A stretch of DNA of 64,000 nucleotides, from NCBI RefSeq assembly GCF_947568905.1, contig NC_079173.1:22196001-22260000 (forward strand), in the 5' to 3' direction. The notes beneath the pieces were generated by a model that was given only the letters and a program-made list of their open reading frames with translations, was not told the origin of the DNA and did not search any database. Numbering within the stretch: position 1 is the first letter of the stretch; every line of letters starts with the position of its first letter. The DNA comes from Ostrea edulis (lineage: Eukaryota). The position numbers and the translations under genes were made by a program. This document shows, one piece after another, positions 40,960-54,500 of the stretch.

Positions 40960-43900
40960 AGAGAAGATTTTTAAAACTTGTTAATGTAATTTTGCTATTA
41001 TCTCCCCTTGGACAAGGATGTTGCAACTCAGTTGCAATTCAGTTGAATAAATTTGATGCTTTATGCCAAGTTTTAGTTGAAATTGGCCCAGTGGTTCTGG
41101 AGAAGTCACAAATGTGAAAGTTTACAGACAGACGATGGACAGCAAGTGAGCTAAAAAGTGAACCTCACTTTATGAAAAAGGAAATCTTAGTTGATAAATA
41201 TCTGTTATATCTTTATTTTTAAGTGCACATAAGAAACTGTTTGACTTAATTTACCTCGAGGAAGTTCATGAGCCGATGAAAATCTTCAATTTTGGAAATG
41301 AATCCTTCAAACTTATCCAATGGATTTTCATTATTGGTCATAGCTTCTTGGGCACTCTGTATTCTCTCATCAGTCAATCTGTCTCCTTTAAAGTGGAAAA
41401 AAAACACTACATGAGTTACTCTTCACTATCTTTTTCAATATTTCATTTCAAATAAAAATCACAATAATTCTAACAAATCTATATAACTGCAATCAGGGCT
41501 TGAAACTAACTTTTCATATCACCAGTTTAGCCAGACTGATACGATTTATTTTAAACAAGTCTGCAGAAAATTTTACCAGTCCACCAGGGTTTTCCAGATA
41601 TAATTAAAGATATTTCGTTAATGTTATTCAAATATAATAATGGGATTTAACTCTGTGCCTTGGACAATTTTGCAACACTAATCAGGTTTGTCTGATGTCT
41701 ATAGAGGAATGCCAAAAGCAGAGTTTAAACAAGTTTTTCAAAATGACGTTTTAGAAAATTAACCAGTCCCATTGGACTTACTAAAACAAATGTCAATCAG
41801 TCTGCCAGACTTTTATCCAGTCAGTGATAAGCATATGTTAATTTTGAGCCCTGCTGTTGATGTTCCTCTTGAAATGTTCCCCTATTAATTTTTACTTGCC
41901 TCCAAAAAACACTTCCTCAACTATTTCCCCAGCATCATCAATGGGCACATACTTCTTTGATAGGTCCTTTAGTAGCCTGATCACATCTTGGGTAACCATT
42001 TCATTACAATCAAAAAGTCCCAAAGAATACTGTAAAAACAAATGAATATGCATGTATTTGAACTGGATTTGTTGGAGATAAAAACATGCCTAGAAGTGTC
42101 TAGAAATTTAGTATACATGTGTCTTACTTGTTCCGTTTTCATTCCTGAGAATTCACTATACTTGTGCTTCAAGTGTTTTGGATATATATATCCAAATGCT
42201 CCGTTCAGCTGCTCAATATTTGCAATCACTGCATTGGCCACTAAAAAGGTCAACTCATGCAGAAGAATGTCCTGATCAGCTACTGAGGGAATAAAATCCA
42301 CAGGAGTTAATTCTAAAATATCTAGGAGCTGTGGATCAAAAGCACAATTAAAAGAATCCACCCTATCAACGACTCCAATAACCTGAAACAGGTGCAAAGA
42401 CAATGTCTTGTCTTGAGAGGTACGATAAGATGGAATAATATTTCTATCCCAATTGTCTCCAATTAGCTGATATTTCTTGTTTCCTCCTCGACTCCATTCT
42501 GTTTTGTACTTAAGTAGTTCTTCGTCCAAGTATTCGTCCCATGAATTCAGCTTTCTTCGCAATGTTTCTGGGTGAACTGAAGCACCAAATTTGGCAATCC
42601 TCTCGATATCCTAAAGAAACATGTAAAATCAATTTAATTAAAGCAAATATCACATGTCAAGTAATAGAATTTATCAATCATACTAAAAATCATACAAATG
42701 TATATATATGTAAGAATGCTGAATATAAAATTTAAAATATCCAATATGCTTTAAACCTTGACAACTGTATTAGAGTATATTGGAATATTTGTCCAATCTC
42801 AACAATGCTCAAGACTTAAAAACAATATATAATTATTAAACAGATATATTTGCAATTTAATAAATCAAGCTGTGCCTCAGATATTCAATAGCAATGTGTT
42901 AATGAATAGTTGTTTGTTTATCTGGATATCTGTCTAAATATGGTTTGTAATTATCACTTTTGAATATGGTAGACTAAAGTACCTTAAGGGTGCATCCTCC
43001 ATGCATTAACACTAGTCCTGACAAGTACTGTACTAAAGACATTTCTTGAGATCTGGCATGCAGAATCTGGGACAAAGTGTACATTACAAGTTGAAATGGT
43101 TTGTTATTCACTTGGATTGGAATGTCATTGACCATTGCTGATACTATCTTCAGGATATTAGGGGCACGTATTTGTAGTTCTGTGTACAGTTTGTCCCAAG
43201 TGAATTCCATAACATTTTGAATTGATTTGTCTTGAAGCACACTTCCAGAATTTCTCTTGCACAAGGTTTTGCATTCATCACCTGCAAAACATGACAAAAA
43301 TTGCAAGGCATGCTATTTGAAAAATACAAAATTTAATCAATAAAATCTATTAACATACATTTATACACAGAAGCTTACAAATCTGCTAATGACTGCTACC
43401 ATATTTTTCATACATGTCTTTCTTAAATAAGATTTAAAAACAGTTGATCACTAGACTTTCAAGTCCATACCTAAAATTGCTACAGAACCCTCAATTAGTT
43501 CTTCTGGATGACTTGTCTTTAAAAAGTCCCTCAATCCACTGCCTATGTCTTTTCCCCTAAAAACAATTTTGCAGACCTTCTTCTCCTTTTCATCGGTGAT
43601 GAACCTACTTTTGCGACCACTTGGATAGTAAATACTAATCTGCAAGTAATTTAAGTACATGTACATTAAATAACACCTTTTCATTCTAAGCCTAAGACCA
43701 TGACAATAATAACTAAGGTATGCAAACACACTACAGAGAATCTGTTAGTTGGATATAATTTTCATCAAACCTTTGTTTTTCATCTCAGAACATTGGATAG
43801 GAGATAAAAACTTCTATATCTTTATTTTGATATAAATTTTGTTAAATATAATGATTTTCTAATTTGTGTACCTTTTATCATAGTTGAGATTTATAGAAAA

Positions 43901-46900
43901 TCCAAAATCTGAATTGAAGCATAATCTGAAAGAACAACATGCACATGCATAATTAGCAAATACAAAAGGTCAACTTATTTTCAAATTCATTCACAGCTAC
44001 ATCAACTACAAACAAGAGGCCCACAGGCCTTATAGGTCATGTGAGTACTAGTAAAAAAGTATCACTACTCCCAAGGGCCATGAAATCTAGAGGAAACAAA
44101 TTCCTGTTTTGACTAAATTCTAATGTTCAGCAACAGTATAAAACAAGATGTGTTCTTACAACTTAAGCGCCCTTAAAAGTGCATACACTGATGAAATAAT
44201 AGGTGTATTAACATTAAAGCATTAAAAGATATGACTGATTTGGACCCATCCTAGAGTCAAAACCCAGGCTTGTGAAATTCACCGTACATCCTTTTCTGCT
44301 ATTCCTAAGTATGCATTTAGATTTTATACAGTACCAGCAAAATTACACATAAACAATATATACAAAGTTTAGTCCCACCCTGGAGTCAGAACCCCTACCC
44401 TGGGTATCATGAAATTTACAATTTTGGTAAAGGCCTTCTCGCTCTACATAATTATGCATTTAGTTTTTCTTAAACATTTGCGGATCTAAAGAAGAGTTTT
44501 GAAAATTTGTCAATTTTGGGCAGTTTTTGCCCCACCCCTAAGGCCCCAGGGGTGCAGGAATCCTGAAATTTACAATTTATGTCCCCTTTGTTCCAAAGAT
44601 GCTTCACACCAAATTTGAAAAGAATTAGTATAGTAGTTATCAAGAAGTTAAATATGTTCAATTGTTATCAAACAACAATGGACAACAACCAATTGCAATA
44701 TGAGTTTACTCAGGTGTCCTAAAATATATAGATCTGTACTTTAGTCAGATTGGGTTGTTCACTACAACATGAAAAAGCTTATCAAATCGGCGCAAACTGA
44801 TTTAATTATGAAAGATGTGATGATACGTAATGAGTACATATGTCAAAAAGCCAAAAATATGCAATTGGGATTTTAAAAAAACATGATTTTCAAAAATTTA
44901 TATCAGTAAATATGAACTGAAGACTGGTGGATTTGAACTTGTGATCTGTGGGTCACTCACCGGTAACTTTATCCACTGAGCTACGATGATAGACAAACAA
45001 ACTGATTGATACAAATAATTTTTAAAAAAACATAAATCACCATCTTGTGATGTAGTTTCATAAAAGTATAAGTCTTGATGTAATGAGCAACCCTTACAAG
45101 AGGCCTATGGGTCTTTGATCTCCTAAAAGTCTTCTTGTAGCCCAACCCTTCTAACAAACTTGCATCTACACTATGCCAGGAAGTTTTCCTGTAAGATTTG
45201 ACTTTTCTCACCCAGTGGTTCTTGAGAACATTTTTAGATCAATCCATTCTTTCTTTCTTTTTTTGCATTTCCTTCATTACCTCCCCTTTGAAGAGAACAT
45301 TCCTGTGAACAAACTGAATCCCCTTTACCCAAGAATTGATTTGTGCCAATTTTGAATGAAATTGGCTTCATGGTTCTGGAGAAGAAGTCAAACATGTGAA
45401 AAGTTTTTGGACAGACAGATGTGATCAGAATAGCCCACTTAAGCTTTCAGCTAAGGTGAGCTAAACTGAATCATGATTAATGAAATACTATGTTAGTGAC
45501 TAAGTATAACATGAACATCTAGTAATGAACTGATCAGTAAAAACTTTTGCTACACTTTCAATTTACAAGTTAACCTCAATCGACCCATCTAAAGGTGTGG
45601 GTTGAATGTCGCTTTGGTCTCTATTAGTCTCAAAATCTAAAGATCGCTTAGATCCTTTTTTATTTGTTGATGCACCCTCTAGAAAGATAAAATCCAGTAT
45701 TTGTATACAGGAATTTTTGCATTTTCTTTTCATTCTGATAAGGATGTTTTATTGAAATCTATATATGTTAGATTCAAATCATCCAATGAAAATAATGTGT
45801 TATTACAGGTAATGTTATAGACTACTTACAATCCATTTTCATGAAATTAATCATCTTTTGTCCATTTATTATACAACTGTTGACATTATACATCTACAGT
45901 ATAGTGCTATAAATGAGTCAAGTTCTATATTTCATTGAAAACAATCACTTTTCTACATATTTCTCATAAAATCATCTAAGGTCAATTTTTACACCATTAA
46001 AAATACAAATATCTGCAGTTTCTGGTCTCAATGTCTTGATTTTGTTTTCCTGAACAGTCAAACACATTATATGACTGTAGGAACACCACACTCAATGATT
46101 TCATTCCATTCTGACAAAGGATAATATTTAAGGAAATGGAGTGCTCTAAGCTGATATTAAAGTTTCAGTTGTCATATTTCTGCAATTGTTGGTAAAACTT
46201 TAAAAAACACGAACAGAATTTATGTCTAAATGTTATGTATTATATGCTTTAGATTTCATAATAATTAGACCAAAAATGGATTCAGAAATATTTTTCAAAT
46301 GAAATAATCATTGTGTGGCATTATGCTGTATTGTGACATAACCTTTTGTTTCCATACCTGTGTTTAAAATCAAGTACAATGCTGTTTAGTAGGACAACAT
46401 TTCAAACTATGACTCTGTAATTCCTTTTCTGGTCACATTCTGATTGAGGTTCTCAAGATGCTTTGTAGGATAATGCAGGTGCTGTGTATAAAAATGTGCG
46501 AGTTGTTGAACTGCATTGAGATTCAGATAGCTTTCAAAGACACATGTAACACACTGCCATGTTGTCACATATTTCCTATATGTCCCATATGTTTCCTGCA
46601 ATTACTTAAATTTCTTACTGGCCTAATATAGTACCTTTAAAATGCTTCGTATATAGTTAATGTTGATAAATAAGCATTGATACACAATGTAAAACAAACC
46701 CATAGGTATATCCCTAAAAAAGTCAAGTACAACAGTTAGTATATATAATGAAAGCATGCACTTTCAGTCTTGAAACTTTTCATGTCACAGAAGTTAATTG
46801 TTTTCAAACAGAACGACTGCCAGGTGGACACACTGTAAGGTGTTTTTTTTTTTTTGCATTTCATGACACACCTTGATTATTGAAAGCTCTATTTAAATCA

Positions 46901-48130
46901 ATCATTCATTCTATCAATTATGATTCACATATTTTTATACATACCAACTTGTTTCTCCTGTGGTGCAATAGGGATACATGCAGCATATACTGGCATAGAC
47001 AGCTGTCAATTAAAAATGATTTAAGATAATTTTTGAATATCTAATTATATATTTAATGATCTAATTATATATTTAATGGTATGTTGACACATACAGACAT
47101 TTGACAGTCACCCTAAGACTGGGGTGTATTGAATTCCTAAATTTTCCTTTGATCCACTAATTAATACACCTGATAGTAATTAGCATATCTAAGGATATAA
47201 TTTTAATTGTATTGTCTTGGATTGTGCCCGAGAGTGTGATGACAGTAACACTTCTTTCAAGTGGTATCTGTGTTTAAGACCAAGCCTAGAGATTTTTGTT
47301 TTCAATTTGTAAATGTTTACCATGTTTACATATAAATGTTAATATTACACCAATATGCTTAGATAACTTACCCCTGCTTTCGATGAATCCGTTCTTGTAT
47401 TCGTCAGATCTTTAAAGGGCGTCAGTTGTACAAGCTTCACAACAGATACGTCGAAAGATTTCTTCTTCGTAGAGGGCACATGTGTATCCGGGCTCCGAAG
47501 CATTCTTTTCGTTATTGATGTTCTTCGGGGAGACGGCAGTTGTAACATTTTTGTTTTCAAAGTTCGCACTGCCATTTCACGAAAACGTTCTTTAACAACT
47601 GCATTTTTGGCTTCAATTTTTAAAACAGATTCAACCTGTCGATAACATTTTTTGCAAACCCCTCCAAGGCCTTTTTCATCCAAATCTGTCAACACACCCG
47701 TCAGTTTCCTGATATTCCCCCACCTTTCTTCATTTAAACGCAGTTTAATTTCGCTAAACTTTTGGATTTTTTCACTACCGTCACTTGCTTTCTCAATTTG
47801 TTTAAAACAAAACCCACAGAGGATACACGCATCCGACAAAAGACATGTTTTCCTCGGCGTGGCACTTATCGACGCCATTTTTAATTGTGTTATTTGCTTA
47901 TCGGAACTCATCGGGTATCATCTCATACGTATGAAAATGGAATGACTTCCGAAATACCAGACAAGCAAAAGGAAGTTATGATTTCATTGGCCAATGCAAA
48001 ATTCACCAGAACATGATCTCTTATGGGGAGTTATCAGATCCTATATATATAATAATATAGGTCTGTACTTTAGTCAGATTGTGACCAAAAATGTGTACAT
48101 GCAATTTCTTCCATTGCCTTGTCATCACAA

Positions 48131-48197
<67 letters not shown>

Positions 48198-48507
48198 ATG
48201 GATGGATGGTGAAACCTGTTTAGTTAGGACGTCCTCACAATGTCTAAAAGAGAATTCACGATATGTTATTGTAAAGGCACAATGTACTGTGTTATGTATA
48301 GCTATAGGGACACCTATAAAAGTTTATCTAATACTCTCTTCGAATTGTGAAAAATGGTTTTTAGAGAGAACATTTCCCCATACCACTTTTTCTCATGCTG
48401 TGGATCACTTTATGGGGACGTAATTGTTAGGAAAGAATTTTGTCCTCATAGTGTACTTTCTGTCCCCACAACTTCTGTCAAAGGCTCACTATACACCTTA
48501 AACTTTT

Positions 48508-48560
<53 letters not shown>

Positions 48561-51500
48561 GTGTGTAGTGTGTGGAAACTTACAAATTGATAAAAAGGAC
48601 AGCCGATTTGTTAGGCCATCCTTATAAAAATGTATATCTATTGGAAGTATGTCCTTGCGATTTCAGCGACCTCACCGGAATACATAGAACGCAACCTCCA
48701 TTAATATTAATGATATGTAGAGAAAACAAAGTTGTGTGGTAATTCTTACGGATCACTGTTGTGACAGCTTTTAGAATTATTTTTTGAAATTTGTGTTGGG
48801 TCGCTTTTACTTTCCCTGTTCCCAGACGTCACGCAATGCGCATGTCACGCGATCCATATCTTGGTTGCTATGCAAAAGTAAAGACCTTTCGAAGCTATTT
48901 GGTTTTCTGTGACTTTGAAATATAAATTAATGTTAAAATTTAACATTGAAAAAAATATAGTTTTCATTACATAGAGTTTACAAGATTTTGTGAGTATGAA
49001 TTTGAAATGAATGTGTCATAAAGCTGTAACAGACATGTATAATTTTGGATGAGAAGTTTTTGAAATTTATTTAGAGAAATGCGGCAGTAACATCATCGGA
49101 GGATCTAGATCGATGAATTTAAATTTGGGAAAAGAAAATATCGCAAAAGACACTTAGAGGGAGTGTGGGTGTTTAGGGGAATTGAAATAATCCACAAAAA
49201 ATGCCGTTTTTGGTTAGACATTGTGTGGGTATTCTTGTGACACAAGACCAGATACCACTACTATCAGGCTTACTGTGACACGGGACCTCGGTTTTTGCAG
49301 TCTCAGCCGCAGGACCGCCTCGTTAATTTAGTCGTCTCTTACGACAAGCAAGGGGTACTGAGGACCTATTCTAAACCTGATCCCCGCGGGACTGTATAGC
49401 TCGGACTGTAAACAACAGCGTTACCTTTTTTGTTGAACACTTTTTCTAATTGGATAATGCATTTACAGGTCTTTTTCTCATTGGATAATGCATTTACAGG
49501 TCTTGTTTTCATTGGATAATGCATTTACAGGTCTTTTTTTCATTGGATAATGCATTTACAGGTCTTTTTCTCATTGGATAATGCATTTACAGGTCTTTTT
49601 TTCATTGGATAATGCATTTACAGGTCTTTTTCTCATTGGATAAAGCATTTACAGGTCTTTTTCTCATTGGATAATGCATTTACAGGGGTTTTTCTCATTG
49701 GATAATGCATTTACAGGTCTTTTTCTCATTGGATAATGCATTTACAGGTCTTTTTCTCATTGGATAATGCATTTACAGGTCTCTTTTCTAATTGGATAAT
49801 GCATTTGCAGGTCTTTTTCTCATTGGATAATGCATTTACAAGTCTTTTTCTCATTGGATAATGCATTTACAGGTCTTTTTCTCATTGGATAATGCATTTA
49901 CAGGTCTCTTTTCTAATTGGATAATGCATTTGCAGGTCTTTTTCTCATTGGATAATGCATTTACAGGTCTTTTTCTCATTGGATAATGCATTTACAGGTC
50001 TCTTTTATAATTGGATAATGCATTTACAGGTCTTTTTCTCATTGGATAATGCATTTACAGGTCTTTCAAAATGGAATACAGGTTTCCTATTCACATTGTC
50101 AATCAATGCTTTGTATTGTGCACTTTGATGTCGTTCGTTTTATATTAAGTACACACATTCAATTTATCCCTCAAAATAGCAATTGATATATGTGTAAGAT
50201 TTTTGTCAAATTCTAGCCTTGTATTAGTTCTTTTGTCAGTTAATTGATTATCAAACCTGGATAATTTTGTCTTATTTAGCATGAACGCTTTAAGTTACAC
50301 TATATAAATGTTAGAATTAGTTTAAAATTTTGTTCTTGAATGATAGAATACGTATTACAAAATTGTTAAATTTTGTGGGGTCAGATTTTCGTAGTTGAAG
50401 AATTTCCTCCTTCAAGGTAGATGACTTTATTCTATATGTGTAGAATTCAAATTCGTGTGCACTGTGGAATCATCATTGTTCGTGGGGGATTGATATTCGT
50501 GGATTTCGTGGGTCACTCTTACCCACGAATTTATGTGTCCTCGAACATTTTTAACCCAAGTAGAGTTATCTCTCCTAGTGCATCGTATTACTTACCCTCG
50601 AAATAACGACCCCACGAATCAGCAAAATTTTTGCTTACCCACGAACATTGGCCCCCACGAATTAAAATGATTCCAGTTTTTCCTTACCACGAAAAGAACA
50701 GAAATTCAATCCTAGGGAAATGAATGAATATTCATGTTTGTTCTTGGTATTTCCCACATCAGTAATACAGTGTTTGACAGAGTTCTCTCTCTTGTTGTAG
50801 TGTACTGTGTTCGACATTCGGAAGTCCTCGGGACTGAGGCTGTTTATCATGTTGGCTACAATTGCTCTCATATATTCCATGTCACAAGTCAACATAGTAA
50901 GTATTATGTCCATGCCGTTGTTTATTACCAATGTATATATATAATCTGACAAGATAGATCGCCAGAAATTGGAGTTGTGTTTGTATACCAAATATGGAAT
51001 TATCGACGATGAACGGGGTTTATCGGGTTAATTCTGCGATTCAATATTCTTCAAAACCTGGCGCCCTGAATTAATTAGCCACATTAAACGTACATTCAGA
51101 CTTGTCAGTGAACCTGCAGTTGCACCTGATGACATATCCATTTAACGTAGTTCCACACTCCTGTGACGTCATAGGATTTTGCAAAGTCACTGATTTAATG
51201 ATAGGAACATAAATTTTGTTGGAATCTTTTTCAACAGTTATTGTAAAAAATCTTGTTAGCCATAAAATATTTCAAAATTCTTAGTTATATTTGAATAGTC
51301 AATGATATGTTTCAAAATATTGAATCCAAGGACAATAACTCTGTTTTCATTCAATTATAAATCAAGTCCATAATGCGATAGATTTCCTTTATTTTTGACA
51401 AACATTTTACCAAGGTGATATGGAATCATTATCTGTGTCTTTTCATGAAATTACATAAAATTTTAATCCCGAGTGATTTTAAATAGCTCAGCTGTATGGT

Positions 51501-54500
51501 GCCAGACTTTAGTTTTTGATGGGGGTATACATAATCTGGAAGCTATAGATTTGAAATTATTAAGGAAAAGTATGGATTTTTTCCTATGAATAACTATAAC
51601 AGATGTAACTCTACTAATATAAACAGAAAAAATGATATGTAAACCATGCTATAAGGAAAATGTGTCCACATTTGTTTGTTTTTTAACATTTTGGGGAATA
51701 ACGCTAATTCAATAACTTTGCACATATTATTCTAAAACTTGATTAACATTGAAATCTACATCGGGGTATATGACTTTAGTGGTGTATGTAATGAAAATTA
51801 ATATGGAAACCCTTAACTGTTTTGCCTTTTTTCATTACTCTGAATGTTAATTTATTGATTCCAAACAAAAAAAATGCTACCTAAACCCCCAAAATCCAGG
51901 ACTAAGGACCCACCTTAAGTGACATACATGAATCTTATTCTCGTTGATGTAAAACTTCAAACAATAATTTTTTTTTTTTTAAAAATCTTTGCAGTTCTGC
52001 TGCCGATCTTCAACGTTGTTTGAAGCTCTGACCATGACGAGTTTGACAGGAAGTGGAAATGCACATTTAGCATGTGATTACCCACAATACATCTTCCTAG
52101 CTGGTGTCCTGAGCTTTATTTCCGTTTCCGTGTATCTGAAGCTGGCGGCTGCGATTAAGTTCCTGCTAATGGCCATCATGTTGGCTGTGTACATTGTTGT
52201 CATGAAGTTGACGCATCAGAAAATTTTTGACGTTTTTGACAATGGTCACGAGTAAGTAAATAAGTAGTGTTGTCTGTATATGTGAAGCTCTCTGTGTTAG
52301 CTTGATAAGTTTAAACATATTCTATTGAGAAACTCAATAGGATCGGGTAAAAGGCATAGCCTATGTAGACCCTCTTGTGAAATTTAACGGATAGTAAACC
52401 TAGTCCTCTGTAGAATGGTTTGTCTTCTGAACTGGTTTTAAAAATACCATTATTGCAATAAATTATGTTAATCCGTGCGAAAAGATAATAGAGGACAAAC
52501 TCCTCTCACGGTCTTTTGGAGCTCTCCATGGAGGTAACAAGTATATACATGTTTTAAAAGAAAATATAGAAAACTGATTTTTTAAAAAACCCATACCCAT
52601 CGAACTTGAAAATTTTGGTGAAAATGGCGTAGATTCGAATGCAAACAATCTTTTTTAATAATTATATCAAAAAGATGATATTTTGCCGTCAAAATATTTT
52701 TATAACCATCACTTTTTTGGTAATTGTTGTGAATGATCTGTTCCTGCATGATTCGCCCTTGTGTTTCTGTAGCGTTTGTACAGAGATGACGTTTACCCTA
52801 TTGTTGCAAGCCACAGCTGAAATGTAAGTTCCTCTCCCTTTCTCAGAAGAAGGGGGGGGGCGTAAATTGTTAAAATGTTATTTTTTTATCAGTTTATTAC
52901 CGGTTTTACCCGGTGATTCGAAATACCCGAAAGTGACCCGCAATACACTATAAGTAAATGGTAGTCTAAATATAACCCTCGTCATAATCGCTTAAAAAAT
53001 ACAATGGATTCGTATCGTAGGTCTGTTTACTCATACAACCAACTTTCTGTCAAATACCTAACAACCTATTAAATGCTTGTCGGTTTCAGTGTTTACAGTC
53101 AAGGAATTCGGGATCCCTTAATGACTGTACTGTGTGTTGATATTGCAGAAAGAAATGAACATCGTCGGTCATATCACTTTAAGCAGTATCTATTTGTTTA
53201 CACAATTGTAACAGTACAACAGTAGAACTAAAGTTTGAAATGCTTATGTATACAAGAAACTTTACATCACTAGACGGGCTGTATATATTAATGAGTCGTC
53301 TCTAGACGGGCTGTATATATTAATGAGTCTTGCTCGTTTGCGTTACAGACGACATGTGCCAACTCAGGTGACCGGGATAGTTGTCCTTATTGTGTTCATG
53401 TTGACCTTGTATCTTCAAGGTCGACAACAAGAATGGACGTCCAGAATCGACTTTCTTTGGAAATCGCAGGTAAATAGTATTGTTACAATTTTTTAGCTCG
53501 TTCGGACGAATGTCCGGAGAACTATTGTCATGCACCTTAGATCTATCTTTTGAATGAAGGCTTTGATATTTCAGATAAATATTTCATGACCAGACCTTTC
53601 ATTTAGTACCAATACTTTTGACCTAGTGATTTTAACCTTGAATCATATCCTTTTTCAAAAATTTGACCTTGGCGTTTATAAGACACCGCTTCTCGTGCCG
53701 AATTGCTGGATACGTTCTTGATTTGATTATTTTGAAAAGTTACTTTTGTACAATAGAATCACGATAGATGCAGGACATGATAGGGGACTGTCTGCTAATT
53801 CATTAATTTAATAGTAATTATCAAACGTATTTTAAAAATACTAAGGACTGAGTTAACGCATAAACACTTGTCAGAATTACCTGGAAATATGTTGTCATTT
53901 GAAAGATTGTTTCCCCAGTCACCTGAAACAACTTGAAACAGAGTTGCGCCTTCAGGCGTGTCCTGGACAACTTTTTTAGTCACTCAATAAACCTGTTGTA
54001 TTGCAGCATACGTTAACATTTGGATATTATCAGTAGATAAGTTAATGTTTCAGCAAGTCTGGCATCTAGCATATATGGGTTAAAAGGAGTGATATTTTAG
54101 GCGTGTCGTAGTCCCTGCCCCTGTGTATGCTGAGGGCGATGTCGTAACGTATACCAATGATATACTCTGTGAAAATCACTTTTGTACTAGACATTTAACA
54201 GACACCGTGACATTCACGACGGTGCATTGATTGATTTAAATAATTATCTCAGAAAAGTGCCAAATTATTTTTGGATTTTGTTTAATTGGATCTGGCGATA
54301 ATTGGACACGGCTGTTTAAAGGAGAATGGGCCGCCATACATGACAAAGGCCATGCCAAAAAATAAATCACATCAAATTCAATAATCATTCAACATTCAAA
54401 CAATTAAAAGTTTGCAAAATTGTAGCAAAGTTCACTCAAATTTCAAAATTGTAATCCTTGACCCTGGTAGATGCAGCAGTCAAGTATTTACCATTGACCC

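Larger units (their letters stand above)
36346..48081. mobile_element. AcademH-type DNA transposon (helicase plus transposase), apparently full-length, 11,736 bp
   Basis: 80-bp TIRs with 1 mismatch, CA...TG termini, 9-bp TSD TGACCAAAA (36337-36345 and 48082-48090), and two convergent spliced genes. A helicase combined with a 9-10 bp TSD is the published hallmark of AcademH. Confidence 0.92.

Noticed and set aside
38154-42735. Short ORFs opposite the helicase and transposase exons
   Set aside because: Antisense shadows of real coding exons; the same applies to the minus ORFs over 61783-63788.
46407-46601. Minus ORF as an extra transposase exon or PHD finger
   Set aside because: All three frames hit stops before a usable donor, there is no PHD Cys/His spacing, and the model is in phase without it.
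6625-50066. Tandem arrays (45, 43, 33, 31 bp) as CRISPR-like arrays
   Set aside because: Units are head-to-tail with no unique spacers, no cas genes are present and the context is eukaryotic.
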